From Bacteroidota bacterium (lineage in GTDB: Bacteria; Bacteroidota; Bacteroidia; AKYH767-A; 2013-40CM-41-45), in NCBI GenBank assembly GCA_043787975.1, contig JAYVUK010000001.1, positions 38,347-102,346 of the forward strand: a DNA stretch of 64,000 bases, given 5' to 3'. The notes below the pieces were generated by a model. The model searched no databases. It saw only the letters and a list, made by a program, of their open reading frames with translations, and had not been told where the DNA came from. This document shows, piece after piece, positions 9,484 to 18,244 of the stretch. The first letter of the stretch is position 1. The number at the start of each line of letters is the position of its first letter. The position numbers and the translations under genes are program-made.

Positions 9484-11160
9484 ATGAAAGAGAATAACAT
9501 TATTAGTTTACTTGTCTTCCTGTTTTGCTTTAGTTGTGATTGCTACTCACAATGGAATCCAAATCCTTCTGTTAATACATCTGTTTGTGTTCAGCCGAAT
9601 GACCAACAGGGTGTTCGGCTTGTTACTGATGGAAAAGGAGGAGCAATTATTACGTGGACTGATTACCGCAATGATGTGACACAAAATTCAGGAGATATTT
9701 TCGTGCAGCGTATTGATAAAAATGGAGTGAATTTATGGACATCCAATGGCGTTAGTGTTTGCACCGATTCTTCTGACCAAACTGCTCAGGCAGTCGTTGA
9801 AGATGGAAAAGGAGGAGCCATCATGGCATGGACAGATTCACGGAACGGGAATAAGGATATCTACGCTCAGCGGATTGATTCTTCCGGCGTTGTTTTATGG
9901 ACTGCAGATGGCATTGGTGTTTCTGTGAAAATAAGAAGTCAGCAAGATCCGCATATCATTTCTGACGGGGCAAATGGTGCCATCATCGTTTGGGAAGATT
10001 CTGTCAATGGTTTATGGGATGTCTACGCACAACGGCTGGATGCTTCAGGGGTTGCCTTATGGGCGAGCGGAGGTGTGGTTGTTTGTTCTGCTGTGTTGTC
10101 TCAACTAAATGCAAGGTTGACAACAGATGGAAATGGTGGAGCCATTTTTACCTGGCAGGATTTCCGGAATACAGTGGATTACAATATATATGCTCAGCGT
10201 CTGAATTCTTCAGGCACACCGCAATGGACAGTAAACGGAATCATCATTTCGAATAATGCCGATACTCAGAACAATCCGAAAATAAAATCAGATGGTTTGG
10301 GCGGTGCTATTATCGCCTGGCAGGATAAAAGAAATGGAAACGATTACAATGTGTATGCGCAGCGAGTTAATGCATCGGGAGCTATTCAATGGACGAGCAA
10401 TGGAGTTGCCATCTGTAGCGCATTGGACAATCAGAGCGCGCTCGACATGGCAACCGATGGGATAAACGGAGCCATTATTTCCTGGAAGGATAATCGCAGC
10501 GGTAATTTAGACATCTATACACAGAGAATAAATCAGAGTGGATCCATTCAATGGACAGCCAACGGAGTTTTGCTCTCGACAGGTTCTGCTCCTCAAATAA
10601 ATCCGAATACTGTTGGTGATGGATTTGGCGGAGCAACCATTGTTTGGCAGGATTCAACAGCCGGAAACTGGGATGTCATGGCGCAACGAATTGATTCAAG
10701 TGGTGTGGTGCAGTGGACAGTGGGAGGAGAGGCGGTGGGAACGGCAGCCGGTAATCAAACAGATCCCAAAAACGTTTCGGATGGATCCGGCGGATGTATT
10801 TTCGCCTGGCAGGATAAAAGAAATAACACGGACTTTGATGTGTATGCTCATCATCTTTTTTCGAATGGAAGTGCACTCGGAATCAACGAAGAAACGAATC
10901 CTCTTGAAAGCGTCTGTTTCCCCAATCCTTTTTCTCAATCGACAATAATCAGTTGGCAAACGGCAAATCAAAATAGTCAAGGTTTCTATATTATAATATA
11001 CGATGTGAGCGGCCGGGTTGCATTTCAAAAAACAAAAATTGAAAATGACCGGTTTAAGTTTGAGAGGGGAAATTTAGAAAGCGGAATATATTTTTACGAA
11101 ATCAGATCGGAGCTTACTCATACAATTAGTTCAACAGGGAAATTTATCATCATCGATTAA
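9484..11160 (+). CDS. T9SS type A cargo with eight ~54-aa repeats (probable beta-propeller)
   Basis: 8 copies of xDGxGGAIIxWxDxR...DIYAQRxxxxGxxxWxxxG; C-terminal FPNPFS...GIYFYEI...GKFIII. Confidence 0.85.
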   Translation: MKENNIISLLVFLFCFSCDCYSQWNPNPSVNTSVCVQPNDQQGVRLVTDGKGGAIITWTDYRNDVTQNSGDIFVQRIDKNGVNLWTSNGVSVCTDSSDQTAQAVVEDGKGGAIMAWTDSRNGNKDIYAQRIDSSGVVLWTADGIGVSVKIRSQQDPHIISDGANGAIIVWEDSVNGLWDVYAQRLDASGVALWASGGVVVCSAVLSQLNARLTTDGNGGAIFTWQDFRNTVDYNIYAQRLNSSGTPQWTVNGIIISNNADTQNNPKIKSDGLGGAIIAWQDKRNGNDYNVYAQRVNASGAIQWTSNGVAICSALDNQSALDMATDGINGAIISWKDNRSGNLDIYTQRINQSGSIQWTANGVLLSTGSAPQINPNTVGDGFGGATIVWQDSTAGNWDVMAQRIDSSGVVQWTVGGEAVGTAAGNQTDPKNVSDGSGGCIFAWQDKRNNTDFDVYAHHLFSNGSALGINEETNPLESVCFPNPFSQSTIISWQTANQNSQGFYIIIYDVSGRVAFQKTKIENDRFKFERGNLESGIYFYEIRSELTHTISSTGKFIIID

Positions 11161-11162
11161 AT

Positions 11163-11564
11163 ATGAAAAAAAGATCATTACTACTAGTGCTATTCGTTTC
11201 TCTTGTAGTTGCATTCTCTGCCTGCAAGAAGGGGCCGGGTTCTGGCGGAACAACATCAATCATTGGCAAAGTATGGGTTGAAAAGTGGGATCCTGATTTT
11301 ATCGTCCATGCCGATACGCTCGATTATTGGGCCATGGATGCCGATGTCTACATCATTTATGGAGATGATGCAACGTATGGTGACCGGACCAAAACCGGAC
11401 CCGGTGGTGTTTTTGAATTCCATTACCTCCGTGAAGGGCATTACACGATTTATGTTTATTCGGATTCCCCTAATCCGGGTGGAAAAGTCGCTGTCATTAA
11501 AGAGCTTGATATTCCCGGCGACGGAACGACAGACATAGGAACCCTGACGATCAAAAAAAATTAA
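11163..11564 (+). CDS. Small lipoprotein with carboxypeptidase-regulatory/prealbumin-like beta-sandwich
   Basis: Lipobox FSA|C followed by KK; TGPGGVFEFHYLREGHYTIYVYS motif. Confidence 0.7.
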   Translation: MKKRSLLLVLFVSLVVAFSACKKGPGSGGTTSIIGKVWVEKWDPDFIVHADTLDYWAMDADVYIIYGDDATYGDRTKTGPGGVFEFHYLREGHYTIYVYSDSPNPGGKVAVIKELDIPGDGTTDIGTLTIKKN

Positions 11565-11569
11565 GGAAA

Positions 11570-12145
11570 ATGAAAAAGCGATTCATCGTTTTAGCAGGAT
11601 TTTGTTTGTTTTTTATTTTTAACGCATCATCGCAAAGCAAGAAAGATGTTAAGAAGCATGATATCAAATCCGTAACAGTTGCTGTGCATGAAATAGATGC
11701 CAATGGAAAAGAAATAATATTTACTGATTCGTATCAGAAGTTTGATAAAAACGGAAAATTGATTGAAGAAATTGAATACGATAAAACCGGTGTTTTTCGC
11801 AGGCATGAGTACTGGAAGTTCAATAGGAACAACGATGAAACTGAACATACAGAAAATGATGCAAAAGGAAGTATCTTAAAAAGAACGGTGACCGAGTACA
11901 ATTCAAATGATAAAAAAATATCGGAGACCATCTATGACGGGAACAATGTGATCACTGAAAAAATGCAGTTCACCTACAATCCTGATGGAGAGAAAGTGAC
12001 TGAGGTCACCTCAAACGGATCCGGAAAAGTTCTCAGCAAATCTGTTTTTACGTATGACAACAAAGGATTGAAATCAGGACGAAAAACTTACAATCCTACA
12101 GGACAACTGATCATGACTAAAAAATTCAGCTACGAATTTCATTGA
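11570..12145 (+). CDS. Exported protein with YD/MORN-like beta-hairpin repeats
   Basis: Signal peptide (..ASS|Q); repeated (F/Y)(D/N)xxG(K/N) turns at about 12/24-aa spacing. Confidence 0.7.
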   Translation: MKKRFIVLAGFCLFFIFNASSQSKKDVKKHDIKSVTVAVHEIDANGKEIIFTDSYQKFDKNGKLIEEIEYDKTGVFRRHEYWKFNRNNDETEHTENDAKGSILKRTVTEYNSNDKKISETIYDGNNVITEKMQFTYNPDGEKVTEVTSNGSGKVLSKSVFTYDNKGLKSGRKTYNPTGQLIMTKKFSYEFH

Positions 12146-12148
12146 CGG

Positions 12149-12916
12149 GTGGAGAACATCAAGGAGATACTGGAAATTTTTGCACCCATTACCTTAACGG
12201 AGATGAGTGAGAAGATGCTGATGAATCGTGTGGACACAAAATATGTTTTCCCGGCATCACAGATACCGTTATTCCTGGACCAACTAAAAGACGATTACCG
12301 TGTGCTGGATGTAAACGGTGTAAGGTTGAGCCGCTATGAATCGCTTTATTTCGATACAGAAAATCTCGATTTGTTTCACAAGCATCAGCGGGGCAGAAGC
12401 AACCGTCACAAAATACGCTACAGGAAATACGTGGAATCGGATTTGCATTTTTTTGAAATCAAATTCAAGAACAACAAAGGGCGCACCATTAAGGACCGTG
12501 TGAAACAGTATGCGATTGCGGACACCATCAGCAATGTCGCTGAAAAATTTCTTCACGAAAAAACTCCGATTCAATCGTCTGAATTGTTTCCGCAATTCTG
12601 GGCGAACTATTCACGCATTACACTGGTGAATACTGTTTTGGACGAGCGCGTTACACTTGATCTGGACATTGTGTTCAAAAAAAATAAGGATGAGTATGGT
12701 TTTGATGATTTGGTCATTGCAGAAGTCAAGCAGGAAAAATTTGTTTCATCTTCTTTTCTCAAACTGATGAAAAAATACCATGTACGTGAAGGATCAGTCA
12801 GCAAATACTGTCTTGGTGTGATTCGTATTGATAATTCCGTCAAGCATAATAATTTCAAACCCAATTTAAGAAACATTAATAAGGTACTGTATGGCAATTC
12901 TTCAGGTTCTAAATGA
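12149..12916 (+). CDS. VTC (polyphosphate polymerase) domain protein, CYTH/TTM superfamily
   Basis: NRVDTKY, SLYFDT, KIRYRKY, EIKFK, RVTLD, IAEVK, SKYCLG motifs. Confidence 0.88.
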   Translation: MENIKEILEIFAPITLTEMSEKMLMNRVDTKYVFPASQIPLFLDQLKDDYRVLDVNGVRLSRYESLYFDTENLDLFHKHQRGRSNRHKIRYRKYVESDLHFFEIKFKNNKGRTIKDRVKQYAIADTISNVAEKFLHEKTPIQSSELFPQFWANYSRITLVNTVLDERVTLDLDIVFKKNKDEYGFDDLVIAEVKQEKFVSSSFLKLMKKYHVREGSVSKYCLGVIRIDNSVKHNNFKPNLRNINKVLYGNSSGSK

Positions 12917-13514
12917 TTCAACTGTTGTAGACACAACATTCAGCTTGTTTGATAAATTATCTCCGAAATTTTTTATGCGGTTGGGAATCGACATTGCTTC
13001 CGTACTCGTGCTTGTTCGGTTCATTTATTTTCCGGCTCACAAAAGCAGGGAATATTTTTTTACTTTTTTTATTTTCAACCTGCTGATTTTCCTAATTACG
13101 TATTTGCTGAACAAAGTTGACATGAGTATGGGCGCTGCGTTTGGATTGTTTGCCGTTTTTTCAATGCTGCGATATCGTACCGAAGGCATCACGATAAAAG
13201 ACATGACCTATCTTTTTTTGGTGATCGCCATCGGACTGATCAATGCCGTTGCCAAAGGAAACTGGGATGAATTCCTGTTGCTGAATGCGATCATTCTCGG
13301 GTTTACCTACCTGCTCGAAAGCAATTTGCTGATGAAAAAGGAAACGACAAAAATTATTGAATATGAAAACATCGAACTCATCCGGAAAGAAAGACAAGGG
13401 GAATTGATCAGTGACTTGGAAAACAGAACAGGAATTAAAATCAACAGGATCAACATCAGTGAAATTAATTTCCTGCGTGATACTGCGATCATCATCATCT
13501 ATTATTACGAATAG
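12891..13514 (+). CDS. DUF4956 domain membrane protein
   Basis: GAAFGLFAVFSMLRYRT and KDMTYLFLVIAIGLINA motifs; several TM helices; overlaps the VTC gene by 26 nt. Confidence 0.88.
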   Translation: MAILQVLNDSTVVDTTFSLFDKLSPKFFMRLGIDIASVLVLVRFIYFPAHKSREYFFTFFIFNLLIFLITYLLNKVDMSMGAAFGLFAVFSMLRYRTEGITIKDMTYLFLVIAIGLINAVAKGNWDEFLLLNAIILGFTYLLESNLLMKKETTKIIEYENIELIRKERQGELISDLENRTGIKINRINISEINFLRDTAIIIIYYYE

Positions 13515-13535
13515 TTTTATTCGGCTTATTTTCAA

Positions 13536-14216
13536 GTGAAGAAAAAAATTCTTTTAGGGATACTTTATGTTTTTATTTTTTCTACTGCTTCTGCTCAGTA
13601 TGATGATGCAGGAATGTGGAATACATTTAGTGTTGAAAAGAAGCTGAAGAATAATTTCTCACTTCTTTTTACAGAGGAATTCAGGCTGAAGGAAAATTTT
13701 TCTCAGATCAATTTATTTTACTCACAGGCCGGAATAGGTTATCGTCCATATAGTTTTTTGAAAATTGAATTGCAATATCGCTTTATTCAAAAAAAAATGA
13801 TTGACGATTTTTACAGTTTCCGTCACCGGTTGATGCTTGATATAACGGTGAAGAAGAAGTATGGTAACTGGACTGGTTCATACCGTCACCGGTTGCAGGT
13901 AGAAGAAAGAAATATTTACTCGAGTGATAAGGGAGCCATTCCCGAATGGTATTCAAGAAATAAAATTGCTGTGAAATACGATCTGCATAAAAAAGTCACA
14001 CCTTATTTGTCGTGTGAACTTCGCTACCAGTTAAGCGATCCGCGAAACCTCGAGTCTGATCAGACATGGCACCGGGGCCGTTACGTAGCCGGAATGGATT
14101 ATGAACTAAACAAAAAGAGTACGTTCGGATTGTATTATCTCATCCAGCATGAATGGAATGTTTCCATTCCTGAAAACCTGTACATCGTGGGTTTAGAATA
14201 TTCACTTACGTTATAA
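13536..14216 (+). CDS. DUF2490 family outer-membrane beta-barrel protein
   Basis: Signal peptide, DAGMW start, alternating amphipathic strands, RHR motifs, C-terminal strand GLEYSLTL. Confidence 0.82.
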   Translation: MKKKILLGILYVFIFSTASAQYDDAGMWNTFSVEKKLKNNFSLLFTEEFRLKENFSQINLFYSQAGIGYRPYSFLKIELQYRFIQKKMIDDFYSFRHRLMLDITVKKKYGNWTGSYRHRLQVEERNIYSSDKGAIPEWYSRNKIAVKYDLHKKVTPYLSCELRYQLSDPRNLESDQTWHRGRYVAGMDYELNKKSTFGLYYLIQHEWNVSIPENLYIVGLEYSLTL

Positions 14217-14217
14217 A

Positions 14218-14292
14218 AGTTCTTAGTCCTTAGTTGTTAGTTCGGAGACTCTCTTTTTTTTCTTTGAACTCCGAACGAATGACTACCAGCTA
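14218..14292. repeat. Heptamer tandem repeat with degenerate inverted arm (AGTTCTT family)
   Basis: AGTTCTT AGTCCTT AGTTGTT AGTTCGG ... TGAACT CCGAACG AATGACT, between convergent genes. Confidence 0.6.
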
Positions 14293-15450
14293 ATTCAATG
14301 TTGCTTTCTCAAAGTCAATCTCCGAAAAATCTTTTATGACATTATACAACGTGTCTCTTTCAACCGGAGTTCTGTTTGATTGCCTGATGAGCGTCACCAA
14401 TTCTTCTGTTGAAAGAACCGGTTTTTGTTCTTCCGCACCGGCCATTGAATAAATTTTTGTTGTGTCATCAATGGTTCCATCCAGATCATCCACACCAAAG
14501 GCTTGTGAAAGTTGTGCTGTGCTTCTCCCGATCATCGGCCAATAGGCTTTGATGTGATTGAAATTGTCAAGGTAAATTCTTGACACGGCATAGTTACGCA
14601 AGTCTTCAGTCACTGTTGTTTCAGGAACTTGCGACATGTCATTATCTTTATTCCTGAACTTTAAAGGAATGAACGTATTGAAACCTCTGGTCTTATCTTG
14701 TAGTGTTCTCAGTCGTTCAAGATGATCAATGCGATGGCGATAGTTTTCGATATGTCCATACAACATGGTAGCATTGCTGTGCATTCCGAGCTTATGAGCG
14801 GCCTCATGAATACTGAGCCACTTTTCCGAGGAGCATTTGTCAGCGGAAATTTCCCGACGAATCTCTTCGTCAAAAATTTCTGCGCCACCACCGGGAATGG
14901 AATCCATGCCTGCGCGTTGAAGAATTTTTAATCCTTCTTCAAGAGAAACTTTTGCTTTGCTGAACATGTAATCCAGTTCAACTGCAGTAAATGCTTTGAT
15001 GTGCAAGGATGGACGGTGCGATTTTATTTTTCGGATTACATCTACAAAAAAATCAAGATTCATTTTCGGATGTACACCTCCAACCATATGAACTTCAGTA
15101 ACCGGTTTCCCGTCAAATGATTTTACGATGTCAAGAATCTGCCGTTCGCTTAATTCCCATCCGTCTTCGCGGTGTTTATAAATGCGGGAGTAGGAGCAGA
15201 ACTTGCAGGTGAAAACGCACACATTGGTTGGCTCAATATGAAAGTTGCGGTTGAAAAAAGTACGGTTTCCATTTTTATGTTCTCTCACAGAATTTGCAAG
15301 TGATCCCAAGAAACCAAGATCTCCTTTCTCAAAAAGTAGTTCACCTTCGTCAAATGAAATGCGCTGATGATTGAAAACTTTTTCTGCAATATTTTTTAAT
15401 TCTTTTGGAAGTGACTCTTGAAGAACCATGTTAAAACCGGGTTGTGACAT
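14290..15450 (-). CDS. mqnE: Aminofutalosine synthase (radical SAM, CofH/MqnE family)
   Basis: CxxxCxxC (CVFTCKFC), GGVHP, HIKAFTAVE, PGGGAEIF, NATMLYGHIE, HIKAYW. Start set at ATG 15450 (15429 also possible). Confidence 0.85.
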   Translation of the reverse strand: MSQPGFNMVLQESLPKELKNIAEKVFNHQRISFDEGELLFEKGDLGFLGSLANSVREHKNGNRTFFNRNFHIEPTNVCVFTCKFCSYSRIYKHREDGWELSERQILDIVKSFDGKPVTEVHMVGGVHPKMNLDFFVDVIRKIKSHRPSLHIKAFTAVELDYMFSKAKVSLEEGLKILQRAGMDSIPGGGAEIFDEEIRREISADKCSSEKWLSIHEAAHKLGMHSNATMLYGHIENYRHRIDHLERLRTLQDKTRGFNTFIPLKFRNKDNDMSQVPETTVTEDLRNYAVSRIYLDNFNHIKAYWPMIGRSTAQLSQAFGVDDLDGTIDDTTKIYSMAGAEEQKPVLSTEELVTLIRQSNRTPVERDTLYNVIKDFSEIDFEKATLN

Positions 15451-15484
15451 AACGAATAAATTTGATAATTTCCTTTGCAGGTTC

Positions 15485-16756
15485 TTAGCGATGAACAACA
15501 ACTACTTTTTCAGTGATTGAGATGTTATTTGCTGTTGCAGAAACAATGTAAACTCCGCTCGGTATTGTAGTTACATTGAAGGGAATAACTTCATAATGGT
15601 TCAATGTTCCGGTCTCATGCATCCATTCTCTGCCAAAAATATCTTTCAATGAAAAGACAAGAGTAGCAGGAACATTGAAATACGTGTGAACAGAAAGAGT
15701 CTGATCAACCGGGTTCGGATATAGTTTTAGTGGCAGCGAGACCGTAATTGCACCGTTGCAACTCGTTACATTATCTCGAATGCTTATACGGTTATTATCC
15801 AGGACATAATGCATTCTTAAAACCTGGTCGTTTGTAAATAGGTTCATGCAAGCATCATCGGTATAATCCATGTAATCCATAAACATAATACCGGGATAAT
15901 TTGGTGAACAAACATCTGTAACAGGAAACAACGGGCAACCAAATGTATTGTCTGCCTGGTTGGGAGTATCATTAATACCATCCGTCCCGGTACAAGCGCC
16001 AAAATCATCTCCCCAGGTGTGCGTTAATCCCAACCAGTGACCGGCTTCATGAGTAACAGTTCTTCCGAGATTATAACGATGATCCAAATGATTCCCGACT
16101 CTTCCAAACGCTTTGTATGAAATACACATTCCATCATATTGTGGCTGTATTGCAAGAGAAGAAGTAACACCTAAAAAATTTCCTCCTAAGTTCCCGACCC
16201 AGATATTCATATAATAATCCCTGTTCCAAACATTCAATCCGTCACTGCTCGCAAATTTCATGTCGTCATAATTTGCCCACGAAGTATTGTCTGTAAATTT
16301 TCTCTCAATACCATTTGTAGGAACGCTATCAGGAGTAATGGCTGCAAGGCAAAATTGTACACCAACATTTGCCGCAATTGCTTTCCAGGGAACAGGTGTA
16401 AGAAATGTATCCTCGTTCAATCTTGCATAGTCTGTATTCAGTACATCAATCTGGGATTGTATTTGAGCATCTGAAATATTCTCAGCATCGGTATGATAGA
16501 GAACGTGCACAACAACGGGAATTGTAATGACGGAGTTTGTGATCCGTTCATTCCTGTGCTCATTCACCCATTTAGTTGCTTCTCGATTCATTCTTTCTTC
16601 TTCCATAGCAAGTGATGGGGTTTGTTGTTTCATCTTTTGCCAATACTCGAAGGTGCCGCAACGCTTCACCTGTTGTGGGAAAGCAATGAGCGGAATAAAG
16701 GCAAGAATAAATGCACAAATATTTTTCACCCTAGCTGTTTTGATTTGAAAATTCAT
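15485..16756 (-). CDS. M43 family (pappalysin/ulilysin-like) zinc metalloprotease with T9SS CTD
   Basis: RCGT cysteine switch, TIPVVVHV, HEAGHWLGLTH, Met-turn MDYTDD, C-terminal LYPNP...GVYIV. Confidence 0.9.
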   Translation of the reverse strand: MNFQIKTARVKNICAFILAFIPLIAFPQQVKRCGTFEYWQKMKQQTPSLAMEEERMNREATKWVNEHRNERITNSVITIPVVVHVLYHTDAENISDAQIQSQIDVLNTDYARLNEDTFLTPVPWKAIAANVGVQFCLAAITPDSVPTNGIERKFTDNTSWANYDDMKFASSDGLNVWNRDYYMNIWVGNLGGNFLGVTSSLAIQPQYDGMCISYKAFGRVGNHLDHRYNLGRTVTHEAGHWLGLTHTWGDDFGACTGTDGINDTPNQADNTFGCPLFPVTDVCSPNYPGIMFMDYMDYTDDACMNLFTNDQVLRMHYVLDNNRISIRDNVTSCNGAITVSLPLKLYPNPVDQTLSVHTYFNVPATLVFSLKDIFGREWMHETGTLNHYEVIPFNVTTIPSGVYIVSATANNISITEKVVVVHR

Positions 16757-16854
16757 ACTGATTTAATCGACCAAAAATATCAAAAGTTTAGCTGGGGAAC
16801 GAAATACTTTGTGAGAACTTACGATTTAGGGGAATTATTTGTTATTTTGTAACG

Positions 16855-17565
16855 ATGAATGCAGATGCCGTTTTCAGAATTTTGCTGGTGGAAGATGAGG
16901 AACATCTCCTGGAGGTCATTAAGTTGAATCTTGAACTGGAAGGTTATAAGGTAAGTACGGCTGTAAACGGAACTTCAGCAGTAAAAATTTTTAAGCAGGA
17001 AAGATTTAACCTGGTTGTTCTGGATGTGATGTTACCCGAAATGGATGGCTTCAGCGTGTGCGAGGCAATCCGCCTGACGAATTCCGCGGTTCCGATTTTG
17101 TTTTTGTCTGCAAAGAACACATACGAAGATAAAATTATGGGATTGAAACGCGGAGCAGATGATTACATCACGAAGCCATTCAACCTCGAAGAATTCCTGT
17201 TGCGTGTGAAAGCTCTCATTAAAAGAGGAATGAACAAGGATGAGAAAACAGCCTTGAATGATACGTTCCGGTTCAGCGGATTTGAAGTGAATTTTTTGAC
17301 CTATGAAATTACCGGGAAGGACAGGAAAACAATCCGCCTCACAAAAAAAGAAATCATGCTGTTGAAATTGTTGATTGAAAGAAGGAATGAAGTGGTGAGT
17401 AGGGAACAGATTCTTGAAACGGTTTGGGGATATGATATCTATCCTTCTACTCGAACTGTTGATAATTTCATTTTATCATTCCGGAAATATTTTGAAAAGG
17501 ATCCGAAGCAACCGAGGTATTTTTTTTCAATACGTGGAGTCGGATACAAATTCATGCATGAATAG
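16855..17565 (+). CDS. OmpR/PhoB family response regulator
   Basis: ILLVEDE, LDVMLPEMDG, GADDYITKPF, winged helix with RTVDNFI..SIRGVGYKF. Confidence 0.93.
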   Translation: MNADAVFRILLVEDEEHLLEVIKLNLELEGYKVSTAVNGTSAVKIFKQERFNLVVLDVMLPEMDGFSVCEAIRLTNSAVPILFLSAKNTYEDKIMGLKRGADDYITKPFNLEEFLLRVKALIKRGMNKDEKTALNDTFRFSGFEVNFLTYEITGKDRKTIRLTKKEIMLLKLLIERRNEVVSREQILETVWGYDIYPSTRTVDNFILSFRKYFEKDPKQPRYFFSIRGVGYKFMHE

Positions 17566-17580
17566 ATTCAGGAATTCTTC

Positions 17581-18018
17581 CTATTCTTTTACGGGTTCAT
17601 TTTTAGGAGGAAGAATAAAATCAATAGGCAAAATATACTGAACATCGATGTTTTCACCGGCTCTTGTTCCCGGTTTCCAGTCAGGCATTGCTTTTACAAC
17701 ACGCATGGCTTCATCGTTTAGTTCATCCGTTACTCCGCTCAGCAGGCGCTGGTTTTGTAGTTTGCCTGTTTTGTCGATGAGGAAACCGATGTACACGCGT
17801 CCCTGAATTCCTGCAAGTTTTGCATGACGTGGGTATTTTAAGTTGGTCGTGAGAAAATTGAAAAGCCCGTCGGGTCCTCCCGGAAATTCAGGTTGAGTCT
17901 GAGCAACGGTTACTCCAAAACCGGCTTTTACTTTTTGATTTTCTTTTTTATCCGAAGTTTGCGCAAGGGATACTTTCCAAACTAAAAAAGCAATTGTGAA
18001 GTAGAGAATTTTTTTCAT
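17581..18018 (-). CDS. TonB C-terminal domain protein
   Basis: PEFPGG...LKYP..A...GIQGRV..F.IDKTG...EAMRVVKAMPDWKPG. Confidence 0.88.
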   Translation of the reverse strand: MKKILYFTIAFLVWKVSLAQTSDKKENQKVKAGFGVTVAQTQPEFPGGPDGLFNFLTTNLKYPRHAKLAGIQGRVYIGFLIDKTGKLQNQRLLSGVTDELNDEAMRVVKAMPDWKPGTRAGENIDVQYILPIDFILPPKNEPVKE

Positions 18019-18244
18019 ATGAATTGTATTTAGTCATTTTGTATAACCCGCTATGGAAGCACGATTCACGGGTCTTATCTATCAAAAATAAGAAAAAAGC
18101 AGCAGGAAAGCAATAGTAATTGATAAGATTTCCCTTGTTGTGCATCCTAAGCCGTTTACCATTTGCAAGTGTCAATTTACCACGTATCTGAAGGTTCTGA
18201 ATCAGGGAACTTTCTATATTTGCGCTCCTAAAAAAAGCTACTCA

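Noticed and set aside
11570-12145. Hairpin-repeat protein as an Rhs/YD toxin fragment
   Set aside because: Short, has its own signal peptide, lacks an Rhs core motif or toxin tip, and is embedded in the VTC operon.
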